Origin: Cyanobacteria bacterium P01_F01_bin.150
GTDB lineage: Bacteria > Cyanobacteriota > Cyanobacteriia > CAKZMO01
Length of the DNA: 64,000 bases
Direction: 5' to 3'
NCBI GenBank assembly: GCA_039189765.1
Contig: JBCCYL010000015.1
Location: forward strand, 34,505 to 98,504
How positions within the stretch are numbered: the first letter of the stretch is position 1; every line of letters begins with the position of its first letter. Position numbers and translations under genes: made by a program. This document shows, piece by piece, positions 32,003 through 44,764 of this stretch. The notes under the pieces are model-generated. The model was not told the DNA's origin. It did no database searches and was given only the letters and a program-made list of their open reading frames with translations.

Positions 32003-32312
32003 TACCAGAAATTGTGAACAAGCGCTAACCGAAATTATTAGCGCAAAAATACTATTAGCCGATCTGTAACTATGTTGTTATGGATCGGTCATTTTATGAA
32101 ATTAGGCACTGACTCAGACAAACTTGCAGCGTATTGCACAAAATTGTTGCAAACTATAAAGGACTATTGGATTAGATGCGCCTAGTTTAATGGGTGCAAT
32201 CTTGTTGACTCAGTATGAACTAGATGTATGATTTTTCATTCTTTAGGTTGTCGAGTCAAGGGTGCTGATCTAGTTATTTCCATTGCGTTCCAAAGAGCTT
32301 GTATCAGATAAT

Positions 32313-35300
32313 ATGTCTTCAAATCTGTCTGTTTCTCCACCTCCTGAAGCCCAAACCCCTGCTACAGCGACCACCGCTGTTGACACTGCATCCACGGAAA
32401 AGCTAGTAGCAGGCACCATCTCTTCAGGCGCGATCGCCCAACCTTCCTCTTCCAACGTCCAGGTAGTTACACAACGCTTGAATGCCGATCAGTTTGTCGA
32501 TCGTCACATTGGACCTAGCGCTGATGATATTGATCAGATGCTGTCTGTTTTGGGGTTGGACAGTTTAGATGAATTGATTGACCAAACGGTTCCCCAAAAC
32601 ATTCGTCTACAGACCCCATTAAATCTGCCGACAGCAAAGGGGGAACATGAGCTTTTGGCAGACTTAAAAGCGATCGCCTCCCAAAATAAAATTTTCCGAT
32701 CGTTTATCGGCATGGGATATTACGGCTGCTTTACTCCCCCCATTATTCAGCGAAATATTTTAGAAAATCCGGGCTGGTATACCCAATACACTCCATATCA
32801 GCCGGAAATTGCCCAGGGCCGTTTGGAAGCATTGTTGAACTTCCAAACCATGATCACAGATTTAACTGGCCTAGACATTGCTAATGCCTCTTTGCTTGAT
32901 GAAGGTACAGCGGCAGCGGAAGCAATGACCATGAGCTACGGATTAGGCAAGGGAAAATCCCATAAGTTCTTTGTATCTGAAGTCTGTCACCCGCAAACAA
33001 TTGCAGTAGTACAAACGCGTGCGCAGCCTCTAGGGGTTGAGGTGATTGTGGGCGATCATCGCACCGTAGAGTTGGATAATGACTTCTTCGGCATTTTGCT
33101 ACAGTATCCAGCTACCGATGGCTCAATTCATGACTACCGTGAGGTGACGGAAAAAGCCCACGGAGTAAAAGCATTGGTGACGGTGGCAGCAGATATCTTG
33201 GCACTTACCGTATTGACTCCCCCTGGAGAATTTGGTGCAGATATTGCAGTAGGCAATACCCAACGGTTTGGAGTGCCGATGGGCTATGGTGGTCCCCACG
33301 CTGCTTATTTCGCGACAAAAATGGACTATAAGCGCCAAATTCCTGGCCGCTTAGTCGGAGTATCCAAGGATGTAGATGGCTCCACCGCTCTACGGTTGGC
33401 GCTACAGACCCGAGAACAGCATATTCGCCGAGATAAAGCCACCAGCAATATTTGTACAGCCCAGGTCCTTTTGGCCATTATGGCAAGCATGTATGCGGTG
33501 TACCATGGCCCTGAAGGGCTGATGCAGATTGCTAACCGCGTTCAGTTTTTAACTCAACAATTGGCTACGGGATTGATGGTGAAAGGTTATGAGCTGGGCC
33601 AACAGCCCTACTTTGATACCGTGAGAGTGGAAATGGATGCGGCCCAAGTGGACGCAATCATGGAGAAGGCGATCTCCCACCAAATTAATCTTCGTCAGTT
33701 CAGCGATACGGTTATCACTATTTCCCTAGATGAAACCACCACGGAATCAGATATCACTCTTCTTTTGAGTCTGTTTGAAGAGGCATCCCAATCAGCCAAC
33801 GGTCATGGCAACGGTAACGGTAACGGCAAAAAAGAGGTAACACAATCTACACCTACACCTACTTCAATTCCCGAAGTACTCCAGCGTACATCTGCCTACC
33901 TTACCCATCCAGTCTTTAGCTCTTATCATTCAGAGACTGAGTTACTCCGGTATATCCATCGTCTCCAAGCAAAAGATTTGTCATTGACCACAGCAATGAT
34001 TCCTTTGGGTTCATGCACCATGAAGCTAAACGCCACTGCGGAAATGATTCCTGTGACCTGGCCTGAATTTGGCAGTATTCATCCCTTTGCCCCCCTGTTC
34101 CAAACAGAAGGTTACCAGCAGCTATTTTCGTCGTTGGAGACCATGCTGGAAGAAATTACTGGATTTGACGGTATTTCGCTCCAGCCAAACGCAGGTTCAC
34201 AAGGGGAATACGCTGGTCTTTTGGTTATTCGCCAGTATCATCGCAGTCAAGGGAATGGCGATCGCAACATTTGCTTAATTCCCGACTCAGCCCATGGAAC
34301 GAACCCTGCTAGTGCAATTATGGCTGGGATGAAAGTGGTCGTTGTGCAGTGTGACGGTGATGGAAACATTGACATTGAAGATCTCACAGCCAAAGCTGAA
34401 AAGCACAAAGACCAACTAGCGGCGTTAATGGTGACCTATCCGTCTACCCATGGAGTCTTTGAAGAAGGTATCGCGGCTGTCTGTGATATTGTTCATCAGC
34501 ATGGTGGTCAAGTCTATATGGATGGAGCCAACATGAATGCTCAGGTAGGTCTTTGTCGTCCTGCTGATTTTGGTGCAGACGTCTGTCACTTGAATTTACA
34601 TAAAACTTTCTGTATTCCCCACGGAGGAGGAGGACCCGGAGTCGGGCCAATTGGCGTCAAATCCCACTTAATTCCTTTCTTGCCTGACAGCACGGTGGTG
34701 AATATGGGTAGTCAGCAGGATGGTAAAAGCTCCGTTGGCTCCGTTTCTGCTGCACCTTGGGGCAGTAGCAGCATTTTGCCTATTTCCTGGATGTATATTG
34801 CCATGATGGGTTCAGAAGGGCTAACCCATGCTACGAAGGTTGCGATTTTAAGCGCAAACTATGTTGCTAAACGTTTGGAAGGTCACTACAACACGCTTTA
34901 TAAAGGCAGCCAGGGCTGGATTGCCCACGAGTGCATTGTTGATACCCGTCCTTTTAAGAAGTCCGCTGGAGTGGAGGTAACGGATGTTGCGAAGCGGCTT
35001 ATTGACTATGGCTTTCACCCCCCTACCATGTCTTGGCCTGTCATCGGCACCATAATGGTGGAGCCTACTGAAAGCGAATCTAAGGTAGAACTCGACCGCT
35101 TCTGTGACGCTATGATTGCCATTCGAGACGAAATTCGCACCATTGAATCTGGCGAAGCGGATGACCATAACAACATCCTAAAGCATGCTCCCCACACTGC
35201 CCACAGCCTGATTACTGGTAGTTGGGATCGTCCCTATTCAAGGGAGCAGGCAGCATACCCAACTCATTGGACTAGGGAAAATAAGTTTTGGCCAGCGGTA

Positions 35301-35375
35301 GGTAGGATTGACGATGCCTTTGGCGATCGCAACCTAGTCTGCTCCTGTTTACCAATTGATGCTTATCAGCAGTAA
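32313..35375 (+). CDS. gcvP: Glycine dehydrogenase (decarboxylating), P protein
   Basis: [38 protein letters not shown]. Start approximate. Confidence 0.97.
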   Translation: MSSNLSVSPPPEAQTPATATTAVDTASTEKLVAGTISSGAIAQPSSSNVQVVTQRLNADQFVDRHIGPSADDIDQMLSVLGLDSLDELIDQTVPQNIRLQTPLNLPTAKGEHELLADLKAIASQNKIFRSFIGMGYYGCFTPPIIQRNILENPGWYTQYTPYQPEIAQGRLEALLNFQTMITDLTGLDIANASLLDEGTAAAEAMTMSYGLGKGKSHKFFVSEVCHPQTIAVVQTRAQPLGVEVIVGDHRTVELDNDFFGILLQYPATDGSIHDYREVTEKAHGVKALVTVAADILALTVLTPPGEFGADIAVGNTQRFGVPMGYGGPHAAYFATKMDYKRQIPGRLVGVSKDVDGSTALRLALQTREQHIRRDKATSNICTAQVLLAIMASMYAVYHGPEGLMQIANRVQFLTQQLATGLMVKGYELGQQPYFDTVRVEMDAAQVDAIMEKAISHQINLRQFSDTVITISLDETTTESDITLLLSLFEEASQSANGHGNGNGNGKKEVTQSTPTPTSIPEVLQRTSAYLTHPVFSSYHSETELLRYIHRLQAKDLSLTTAMIPLGSCTMKLNATAEMIPVTWPEFGSIHPFAPLFQTEGYQQLFSSLETMLEEITGFDGISLQPNAGSQGEYAGLLVIRQYHRSQGNGDRNICLIPDSAHGTNPASAIMAGMKVVVVQCDGDGNIDIEDLTAKAEKHKDQLAALMVTYPSTHGVFEEGIAAVCDIVHQHGGQVYMDGANMNAQVGLCRPADFGADVCHLNLHKTFCIPHGGGGPGVGPIGVKSHLIPFLPDSTVVNMGSQQDGKSSVGSVSAAPWGSSSILPISWMYIAMMGSEGLTHATKVAILSANYVAKRLEGHYNTLYKGSQGWIAHECIVDTRPFKKSAGVEVTDVAKRLIDYGFHPPTMSWPVIGTIMVEPTESESKVELDRFCDAMIAIRDEIRTIESGEADDHNNILKHAPHTAHSLITGSWDRPYSREQAAYPTHWTRENKFWPAVGRIDDAFGDRNLVCSCLPIDAYQQ

Positions 35376-35457
35376 AGCGATCGCATTAGGCTTCCTGGAT
35401 TCTGCAAGACTCTAATAAACGGCAGACGTTCCGCCCCATCCTAAACCCGCATGTCTT

Positions 35458-35563
35458 CTCATTCCCAGCGGGACGCTGGGAATGCTATCAAGAGACTCTG
35501 GCTATTGATGATCTTGGAACCAGAGTCTCCAATGGGGGTTCCAAGCCAAAGGCTGGGAACCAG
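35458..35563. repeat. Three-hairpin REP-like element
   Basis: CATTCCCAGCG/CGCTGGGAATG, GAGACTCTGG/CCAGAGTCTC and GTTCCAAGCC/GGCTGGGAAC between convergent gcvP and leuB. Confidence 0.7.
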
Positions 35564-35598
35564 ATGGAATGTTGACAGGGTCATCCAGGCTCTTTGCA

Positions 35599-36690
35599 CT
35601 ATGCAAGGGCCTGAAGCGCTTTTAAGAGAGCGTCGCCCATTGCCTTACAGCCTAAAAGATTCATTCCTTCAGCCATAATATCGCCAGTGCGATCGCCTTG
35701 ATCTAGAACCTTGATAACGGATTGTTCCAATCGTTCCGCAGCTTCAGGCTCATTCAATCCATAACGTAGCATCATGGCAGCACTAAGAACTTGCGCAATT
35801 GGATTTGCCTTATCTTGACCAGCAATATCCGGTGCAGAACCATGGACAGGCTCAAACACACCGGGACCATCGGCACCTAGACTAGCCGAGGGCAACATGC
35901 CAATGCTGCCCGTAAGCATCGCGGCAGCATCGGACAAAATATCGCCAAATAGATTTCCGGTGACAATGGTGTCAAACTGTTTGGGCCAGCGAATCATTTG
36001 CATGGCAGCATTATCTACGTATAGATGACTGACCTCTACATCGCTGTAGTCTTTAGAGAGAGTGGTAATGCGATCGCGCCATAACTGGGACACATTTAAG
36101 ACATTTGCTTTGTCTACAGAGCAAAGGCGACCCTGGCGTTTCTGAGCAGTTTCAAACGCCACCCGACCAATGCGATCGATCTCAGCATCGGTGTAAACCA
36201 TTGTATTAAAGCCTCGTTTTTCCCCCGTTTCAGCCGTAAAAATGCCCTTGGGCTCGCCAAAATAGATGCCTCCAGTTAGTTCGCGCACGACCATGATGTC
36301 TACGCCTTCCACCACCTCACGCTTGAGGCTTGAAGCATCAATTAGCTGAGGCAATATAGTCGCTGGACGCAAGTTAGCAAACAGACCCAACCCTGCTCGT
36401 AGTCCCAGCAAGCCACGCTCTGGACGCTGTTCATTGGGCAAATTATCCCATTTCTGACCACCAATCGCCGCTAAAAGGACCGCATCACTCTGACGACACT
36501 GCTCCAACGTTGCATCCGGTAACGGCGATCCTGTCGCATCAATGGCGCAACCTCCCATTAATGCGGTGGTACAGTCAAAAATAATATCAAATTGGCCGCC
36601 AACCTCCTGTAAAAGAGCGACAGCAACCTCCATAATTTCAGGCCCAATACCATCGCCAGGAAGTAAAGTAATGCGGTAGTGTTTTGTCAT
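35599..36690 (-). CDS. leuB: 3-isopropylmalate dehydrogenase
   Basis: [41 protein letters not shown]. Confidence 0.97.
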   Translation of the reverse strand: MTKHYRITLLPGDGIGPEIMEVAVALLQEVGGQFDIIFDCTTALMGGCAIDATGSPLPDATLEQCRQSDAVLLAAIGGQKWDNLPNEQRPERGLLGLRAGLGLFANLRPATILPQLIDASSLKREVVEGVDIMVVRELTGGIYFGEPKGIFTAETGEKRGFNTMVYTDAEIDRIGRVAFETAQKRQGRLCSVDKANVLNVSQLWRDRITTLSKDYSDVEVSHLYVDNAAMQMIRWPKQFDTIVTGNLFGDILSDAAAMLTGSIGMLPSASLGADGPGVFEPVHGSAPDIAGQDKANPIAQVLSAAMMLRYGLNEPEAAERLEQSVIKVLDQGDRTGDIMAEGMNLLGCKAMGDALLKALQALA

Positions 36691-36798
36691 ATTCAAATAA
36701 AGCCTCAGATGGCTGCAGAGATAGGTGTAATCGTTGCGACCCGTATTTTATCTCAAAACGTTTTATCCCCAAATTGGTTGATGGCTGGGGCGCAGACA

Positions 36799-37101
36799 CT
36801 ATCCCATAAATTGAATGTTTGGCAAGAGCGGATCACGCACAAGACCAATGCCGTCGAATTTCCATCGTTCCATAATGCTCTTAAGCTGTGGTTGGGTAAC
36901 AGATTCCACAGCAAAATTCTTGGCTAAGTCAGGGGCGTGGGCATTCAAGTAGCTCAGTCCGTCAGCATAGTCTTGAAACATAATTAGATAACCTGGATTT
37001 ATCTGTGGCGAAGACTTACCAGGAGATTGAGTTCTGGGTCGAGCAACCAAATAACTGCCATCTTGCCGCGATCGCAGCAAATAATGAATATTTGTCAACA
37101 T
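36799..37101 (-). CDS. Hypothetical cyanobacterial protein
   Basis: YLLRSRQDGSYLVA...LSYLNAHAPD...ERWKFDGIGLVRDPL; start chosen at MLTN. Confidence 0.75.
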   Translation of the reverse strand: MLTNIHYLLRSRQDGSYLVARPRTQSPGKSSPQINPGYLIMFQDYADGLSYLNAHAPDLAKNFAVESVTQPQLKSIMERWKFDGIGLVRDPLLPNIQFMG

Positions 37102-37378
37102 AGGGCAGAGACTGAAGAATACAGACTTTAGACAGTAGTCTTTAATATATATTGTAGAACTAACCAAGAAACACTCAACCTGGGTGTTTTTTATCTGTAA
37201 AAAAAGGTGATCAATTCTTCAATTCTGATCTAAGCTGGATATGCTAGTCAGCTCCCATAGACGCTTTGTAATCCACAGGTGCTTAACTGGCGACATATCT
37301 TTGTCTTTTAGCCTGTGCATTTGAAAGGTTCTGTTGGGTATTCTATACATCAAGGAGCTGGGTGGTTCGTTCGCCTGA

Positions 37379-38314
<936 letters not shown>

Positions 38315-38364
38315 GTTAGCCTCTACAGGGCAAATTCTAGTCATCTATCTAAGACTCTATTCAT

Positions 38365-39435
38365 TTATTTAGATGCTGCTTTAACTGTCACCGAATTTTC
38401 AAGCATACTTTGAGACTCCAGATGATGATAGTCAGACACTGTCATTGGATGTTTTGCCTGACTGGTTAATGTAGGGCCGCTCTGAATAAAAGGCTGAGTA
38501 GGGTGCGTGGAAGTTTGTGGCCTTGATAGAGCCACATCCGGTGGTCTAAAGATAGGGACATAGCTTCGCCACATCGCCTCTACTTCTCCACGCTCCAGTC
38601 GAAATGCCTGACCTAACGCAGGGTCGGCAACCACTACTGTATCGTGATCCATTTCTAACAAAGCCAGGGCATGGGGTAGACGGCGATCGCCATTATCTAC
38701 CCATACTGATAGCACACCTGGCCGATTAATTTGCTGTATGGTTTGCCATGACGGCTCTAAGTCCAAACCATCCATTCCTAATTGCCGAGCAGCAAAAATC
38801 AGATGGGGTATTGATGTACCTAATCGGCTCGTTTGAGCAAGTTTGGCAATTTCTGCCTCAGAACTATAAATATTCCACTGCTTCAGAACCGTCGCTAATG
38901 CGGCTGGTGCACAGCTACTCGCTGATGTTTGTTGAACGACATTATGAATTGATGAAGTACGGTCCAGCGAGGGATAAATGGGGGCCATCAAATGGCTCTC
39001 TAGCCCCCAAAATCCAACAAACCCAATAGCCCCAATAAAAGCGATCGCCACAACTTGTTTGCGTGACGTTCGCCAACACAACCCAATCGCGACACCACAG
39101 GCGCTTAGTAACAATGAACGCATCAACAAGCCAGAGGCATTAAGTCCTCGTATTCTCCATAGTAGAGGCCAAATTCTAAGATGGGGACCATGAAGTAATA
39201 TGATAGCCAGAAAGACATAAACTGCCAGCATCACCAGAGACCAGGGAACCCTAGATCGCGACTTATGTCGTCCCTGACATACCATCAGGATCCAAAATCC
39301 AACACTTAGTCCTAGCAGCAGGCATACAGCGCTAAAGATAAGATTGGCCACAATATCTGTCAAAATATAGATACTCCAGAATCTCGTATGGCACGAAGCA
39401 TAAAGCCATCGAGTTCTCTGCAACAAAAACATCAA
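38365..39435 (-). CDS. Membrane-anchored C39-like cysteine peptidase (no ABC domain)
   Basis: About 4 N-terminal TM helices, then QQTSASSCAPAAL (Gln/Cys), LPHAL (His) and VADPA (Asp). Confidence 0.78.
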   Translation of the reverse strand: MMFLLQRTRWLYASCHTRFWSIYILTDIVANLIFSAVCLLLGLSVGFWILMVCQGRHKSRSRVPWSLVMLAVYVFLAIILLHGPHLRIWPLLWRIRGLNASGLLMRSLLLSACGVAIGLCWRTSRKQVVAIAFIGAIGFVGFWGLESHLMAPIYPSLDRTSSIHNVVQQTSASSCAPAALATVLKQWNIYSSEAEIAKLAQTSRLGTSIPHLIFAARQLGMDGLDLEPSWQTIQQINRPGVLSVWVDNGDRRLPHALALLEMDHDTVVVADPALGQAFRLERGEVEAMWRSYVPIFRPPDVALSRPQTSTHPTQPFIQSGPTLTSQAKHPMTVSDYHHLESQSMLENSVTVKAASK

Positions 39436-39900
39436 GGGCTAGATGGCCTTTGGGTAAGCCTTTATCCTTTTCCCATCAGAAATACAAGATCCGCCTTAAA
39501 GTGAATCAAGTCGAAAGATGCTCTTGGTTTAAGCATCCATACCACTTGCCTAAATTTAAGGGCCTAAATGCTTGATCTCCAAGTGTGATTGACTAACTCA
39601 GCCACATAAGTAGCCAAGTCACGCATAAAACTTAGTTACTATTACTGAACATTGTTTCAATAAACATGACACGTAAAATAAAGATTTGGTAAAGCAACCG
39701 TAATATCTCGTTGTTTGTAGCTGGTTTTAGGGCACCAAGTTAGCAATTAACGATTTGATTGTTAAAAGATGTGGGACAATTCCCGATATTGCATCAGTGA
39801 AAAAAGTAGTTGAAGTTAGGGCTTACCGCTTCACTACATATATAGTTCAGTTTGTAATAGAACGAATTGAAAGCCTTTGGGGATAGAGCGTACGTAAAGG

Positions 39901-41400
39901 GTGTTCTTTGAAATGAGTAGAGGATTTTTGCGGGCTTTCAGAAAAGCCGGTATAGTATCAGGTGTTTCGGCTGCGTTACTGGGGATACTTGCCTTGTCGA
40001 CTCAGGGCGTCACGTTAAGTAAAGAGCCTCAGCAAGACTGGAATAACAAAGCTTTCAGGGTGGCTCAAGGGCCATTATCTTACGAGGAACTAGACTTTGA
40101 AATTTCTTTACTTCCCTCTTTGGAAAGTGACCTTTCTATTGGTCCCATCTTTTCTGAACTACAATTCTTACCCGATTTATTTTTACCCCGATATCCCTCT
40201 TTCAATAGCCAACTTTTAGATCAGCAGCTCATCCTATATTCTATTCACATGTTTCTGGTAGGTCCGCCAGATGTACTGATTGTAGGTAGTTCTAGGGCCA
40301 TACAAGGTGTTGATCCAAAGACTTTAAGGCAATCCCTGATAAACCAAGGCCATGGTGAACTAGATATTTATAATTTCAGTATCAATGGAGCAACCGCTCA
40401 AGTCATCGAGCTTCTGTTGCGAGAAATTTTGACTCCGGATCAACTCCCTAAACTGGTCATTTGGGCCGACGGTTCCCGTGCATTCAACAGCGGTCGTCCC
40501 GATCGAACTTACCTACAAATTGCTCAGTCAGACGGGTTTAAGCAGCTTGAAAATGGAATGCACCCTATTTTGGTTCATCCAACTGAGGCGATTGCCCAAG
40601 CTAACTGCCAAGATTATTTAGATCCTCAATTCGGCTATCGGCAGTCATCCTTGATAGAACTAGGGGAGGAATCATCTTTTATTTCAGCATCTAATGTGTC
40701 AATGTTGACACAAGGCGATGCAGACACGTTTGGTCAAATGAAATCAACGTTTGATCCCTACATCTCAGTTGCAACGGGAACCTGCCCTGCCCCTTCACCG
40801 TCTTCAAATTTCTACTCTGAGACAAAAGCAATATTAAGTTCTCCTTTCCAAAATGTACCTTCAAATATTTTGGAAACGGATCAATATCCTACAACTGAAT
40901 TCGTAACCTATTCCTCTGCTTCAAGTGACAGTTCCATTGCCTCCTTACAGGATTTAGCCTCTCGTTTACCCTTCGAGTTAGAAGTGAATGGCTTTTTACC
41001 CAATTCAACTGAGTTTGATCCATCTTCCTATTACCAACGATTCCCCCATGTTGCTGGAGAATATGACGCAAATTATGTTCCATTTGAACTCCATGGAGTT
41101 CAAACAGAAGCAACTCAACGTTTAGCCCAATCTATGCAAAATAAACAAATTCCCCTAGTGTTTGTGAACCTACCGTTGACTCTAGACTATTTGGATGAGA
41201 CTCGGCTTGATTACGAGGCTCAATTCCTTCAGCATATGGCTCAAGTTTCTCAACAGTCTAGGTTTACATTTGTCAATCTCAATCAAGTGGATTTAGCTAA
41301 AAATCAATACTTTGCTGATCCAAGTCACCTAAATGAACAAGGTGCTCGTGCCGTTGCCAAAGCTATTGCTCAACAAAATAGTATTTCCTGGCCTCGTTAG
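39901..41400 (+). CDS. SGNH-like protein (DUF1574-like)
   Basis: VLIVGSSRA, NFSINGAT, FADPSHLN..GA. Confidence 0.72.
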   Translation: MFFEMSRGFLRAFRKAGIVSGVSAALLGILALSTQGVTLSKEPQQDWNNKAFRVAQGPLSYEELDFEISLLPSLESDLSIGPIFSELQFLPDLFLPRYPSFNSQLLDQQLILYSIHMFLVGPPDVLIVGSSRAIQGVDPKTLRQSLINQGHGELDIYNFSINGATAQVIELLLREILTPDQLPKLVIWADGSRAFNSGRPDRTYLQIAQSDGFKQLENGMHPILVHPTEAIAQANCQDYLDPQFGYRQSSLIELGEESSFISASNVSMLTQGDADTFGQMKSTFDPYISVATGTCPAPSPSSNFYSETKAILSSPFQNVPSNILETDQYPTTEFVTYSSASSDSSIASLQDLASRLPFELEVNGFLPNSTEFDPSSYYQRFPHVAGEYDANYVPFELHGVQTEATQRLAQSMQNKQIPLVFVNLPLTLDYLDETRLDYEAQFLQHMAQVSQQSRFTFVNLNQVDLAKNQYFADPSHLNEQGARAVAKAIAQQNSISWPR

Positions 41401-41684
41401 TCTCAATGCCCAAAGGATGCAAGATAATCAAACGACAGACTGTTGTTTCTTAAGCAACAATTATCTTTAAATGGATAGTCTCCTAGATAGTCCCCAGCTT
41501 GATGTCACATCACCGCATAAACTCTAAAGTAAAGCTAATTATGAAAAGTTGATGAACTTAAAACGCCATATTAATTGCCTTAGATGTCTGAAGCTAGCAT
41601 GGCATAAAGCTAGTCAATTTTTTAAGCGCAGTAGCCTTACCCTCTGTTATTCAGTGGGCTAGAAGGAAGTTATTAAATATTAGG

Positions 41685-41957
41685 ATGCATCTTTTATCAG
41701 TTATGGTTTATATTGCTGAGTTTGCGGTACTGGGAACAATGGAGCTTGCAGATGAAATTTTAATCTGCTCAGACTCTAAAGAAGATGCTCATTTATTCGC
41801 CCTTCACTATGCATCAAATTGGGGAGTTGACTTGCATTCATTACGAGTGGCAACGGACCAATATATTAAAGCTGCAAAAAATTATAAATACTCGATTCCG
41901 AAGCAATTGAAAACGCCTCAAAGTACTTTTCATCGATTGTCTAGATTACCTGCTTAG
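41685..41957 (+). CDS. Hypothetical protein
   Basis: 90-aa ORF in otherwise empty space with protein-like composition. Confidence 0.5.
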   Translation: MHLLSVMVYIAEFAVLGTMELADEILICSDSKEDAHLFALHYASNWGVDLHSLRVATDQYIKAAKNYKYSIPKQLKTPQSTFHRLSRLPA

Positions 41958-42153
41958 CAATTATCAGACAATCGAAATTAGTGCAGGTAAAAGGACTATG
42001 TGTTTCAGCGATTGCTTGATGCTAATCCTCAATAACGAACAGCAATTAACACGACTTGACAAAGTTCACGGGTGAATAAGCTTATTGAGGTTTTCAACTA
42101 AAAGATTGGTACTGGATAAAGCAACCCAGTACCCTATTCCTGAGAGGTGCTCA

Positions 42154-43269
42154 CTACCCTCGCTTATAAAAAGGACGTTTTACGACCATAGCGGGATAAA
42201 GCTTTCCTCTAATTTCAACATCTAAGGATTGCCCAATAGAAGACACTTCCGTTGAAACATAAGCCAAAGCAATCGCATCTCCTAGAGTTGGAGATTGGGT
42301 TCCACTGGTGACAATCCCTACAGGCTGTCCCTTATACAGAAGCGGATAGTCATGGCGGGCAATGCCCCTAGCCTGCATTTTTAACCCTACCAGCGCTTTG
42401 GTTATGCCTTCTTTTTTCTGCTGTTCTAACACTGAGCGTCCAATGAAATTGCCTTTGCGATCCAGATGCACTAGCCAGCCGAGACGTGCTTCTAATGGCG
42501 TTGTACTGTCATCAATATCCTGACCATAAAGTGCCATTGCTGCCTCTAAGCGAAGGGTATCCCGTGCCCCCAAGCCACAAGGGATCACTCCAGCATCCAA
42601 GAGCGATCGCCATAATTCTTTACCAGTCGCAGGGTCTAGCATAATTTCCACCCCGTCTTCTCCGGTATATCCAGTACGGGCAACAAATGCCAAGGATCCC
42701 AGCAGATTAACGGTACTGTGACCAAACCGAGGAATTAGCTCTATTGTTTCATCAGGAATAAGGGTCTGAAGGATAGCGATCGCCTTTGGGCCTTGAATCG
42801 CAATTAGCACCTCTTCCTGGGACACATCATCAAACTGAATCCCCGTGAGGTGCCTTTTAAGCCACTCCCGATCCTTAACCGTCGTGGCAGCATTTACGAT
42901 CAACACTACTTGCTCAAGCCCATCGTTTGTGGGTTCTTGAAGATAGACAATCAGATCATCAATAATGCCGCCATTCTCATTAAGTAAAACGGTATATTGG
43001 GCAGCACCGGGTTTCAACTGGCTTAGATCAGTAGGTACTAGCGCTTGTAGCTTTTCAAGCACATCTGTTCCAAGCAATAGAAACTTACCCATATGGGAAA
43101 TATCAAACATTCCAGCACGTTCACGAACCGCTTGGTGCTCGGGTCGAATACCTTGGTATTGCACAGGCATTTCCCACCCCGAAAAAGGAACCATGCGAGC
43201 GGATTGTTCTTTATGGAGATCATAGAGGGGGGTACGGAAAAGAGCTTGTTCCGCTGCGACATCACTCAT
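42154..43269 (-). CDS. gcvT: Glycine cleavage system aminomethyltransferase T
   Basis: RTPLY, FSGWEMPVQY, FDISHMG, RTGYTGEDG, GLGARDTLRLEA. Confidence 0.97.
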   Translation of the reverse strand: MSDVAAEQALFRTPLYDLHKEQSARMVPFSGWEMPVQYQGIRPEHQAVRERAGMFDISHMGKFLLLGTDVLEKLQALVPTDLSQLKPGAAQYTVLLNENGGIIDDLIVYLQEPTNDGLEQVVLIVNAATTVKDREWLKRHLTGIQFDDVSQEEVLIAIQGPKAIAILQTLIPDETIELIPRFGHSTVNLLGSLAFVARTGYTGEDGVEIMLDPATGKELWRSLLDAGVIPCGLGARDTLRLEAAMALYGQDIDDSTTPLEARLGWLVHLDRKGNFIGRSVLEQQKKEGITKALVGLKMQARGIARHDYPLLYKGQPVGIVTSGTQSPTLGDAIALAYVSTEVSSIGQSLDVEIRGKLYPAMVVKRPFYKRG

Positions 43270-43581
43270 AATGGCTTCGAGTCACTTTAGATATGTGTTT
43301 TTTCTGTCTTCCATCCTGCCAGATTTAGGCTGATGGGTAAAGTTTATACATACCCATCATAATTATTGTAATTGTTGTCACATTTGCATTGGATAGACTA
43401 TTTTGGGGGATTTATTTTAAGCAGAAAATTTTGGTACATATTGCCTCAGTTGTCCGTAATATTGTTCAGAGCAAAAGTAAAACTTTATTTCCATAATTAC
43501 ACTTTAATGCAAGACAAAATCAGCGATAGTTGGAAACACGGAACGCTCCCATTACAGCCTAAAGCTATTATCCCGTTTTTG

Positions 43582-43659
43582 GGGTATCAACTTTAGGCGG
43601 GTCGTGTGAACGCGATACACTCACTATCGTTTATTTTGTTTTGCATTAAAATGGAACCC
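43582..43659 (-). mobile_element. ~80-bp MITE-like repeat, copy G
   Basis: Plus strand GGGTATCAACTTTAGGCGG...TTAAAATGGAACCC, with exact flanking repeat CGTTTTTG. Confidence 0.8.
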
Positions 43660-43758
43660 CGTTTTTGTGTGGAAAAAATTGGGATAACTGAAAATAGCAT
43701 TGTTATTTAGCTGAATAGTACATAATAACTTTGCGTATTCAGTAGATTAGGGAATACT

Positions 43759-44496
43759 ATGACCTACTCACTACGAGTGGTGGATATGCCCACCAGTGAA
43801 AGGCCTCGGGAACGGCTGTTAGAAAAGGGGGCTAAAAGTTTATCCAATGCAGAATTACTAGCGTTGTTATTAGGAACAGGGCAAGGTGCTGGCAAACTGT
43901 CAGCGGTGGGCTTAGGCCATCATATTCTCAAAACATTGAGTGAACATGAACGGGACCCGCTTGATATTTTACGCAGCGTCAGTGCTCAAGAACTCATGGA
44001 GATTCCGGGCATCGGCAAAGCTAAAGCGACAGCTATTCTTGCGGCCATCGAATTGGGCAAGCGCGTATTATATACACAGCCACAGGATAGAGTAGTCATT
44101 GATGATCCAGCGATCGCCGCCGCCTATTTGAGCAACGATTTAATGTGGCAACCTCAGGAAAGATTTGCCGTATTGCTGCTGGATGTAAAACACCGGGTCA
44201 TCGGTCGCCAAATTGTTAGCATTGGCACTGCGACGGAAACGTTAGCCCATCCCCGTGATATTTTCCGAGAAGCCATTCGTCAAGGAGCGACCCGCCTTAT
44301 CGTGGCCCATAATCATCCCTCTGGTAATGTGGAACCCAGCGGCGAGGATATTACATTGACTAAACAGTTACTGGTAGGTGCTGAAGTTTTAGGCATTCCC
44401 GTATTGGATCACCTTATTCTCGGCAATGGGAACCATGCCAGCATCCGGCAACTTACTACCCTATGGCAGGATATAAACCACGAGAATTCTGCTTAA
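43759..44496 (+). CDS. radC: RadC/JAB-domain protein (UPF0758)
   Basis: RPRERLL..GA..LS.AELLA, HhH GIGKAKA, HPRDIF, AHNHPSG..S.ED, LDHLI. Confidence 0.93.
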   Translation: MTYSLRVVDMPTSERPRERLLEKGAKSLSNAELLALLLGTGQGAGKLSAVGLGHHILKTLSEHERDPLDILRSVSAQELMEIPGIGKAKATAILAAIELGKRVLYTQPQDRVVIDDPAIAAAYLSNDLMWQPQERFAVLLLDVKHRVIGRQIVSIGTATETLAHPRDIFREAIRQGATRLIVAHNHPSGNVEPSGEDITLTKQLLVGAEVLGIPVLDHLILGNGNHASIRQLTTLWQDINHENSA

Positions 44497-44528
44497 TATC
44501 GTCAGCGCCGTAATTCAAGAATACAGTT

Positions 44529-44590
44529 GGCATCAATAACGGTGGAGCATTCCTCTACCGTTAATTTTGTTTCATCGCAAAACGCAACCC
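44529..44590 (-). mobile_element. Shortened/degenerate MITE-like repeat, copy H
   Basis: Reverse strand GGGTTGCGTTTTGCGATGAAACAAAATTAACGGTAGAG-GAATG-CTCCACCGTTATTGATGCC. Confidence 0.6.
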
Positions 44591-44764
44591 TAAAAAGCTA
44601 CTGGAATTAATGCTCAAGCAACGCCCAATTGTCTTACCAGTACATCTACAATATTTTGTAAAGATTTGATAAGCCTCTACCTAAAATGCTAGATTGCACT
44701 CAAACAACTTATTTGAGCTACCCCAGACTAGCCATATTTTGATATTTCTTTAATTTAATTGGAT

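Noticed and set aside
43759..44496. radC as a marker of a mobile island or anti-defence locus
   Set aside because: It is the full-length chromosomal form with an HhH region, amid housekeeping genes, with no integrase nearby.
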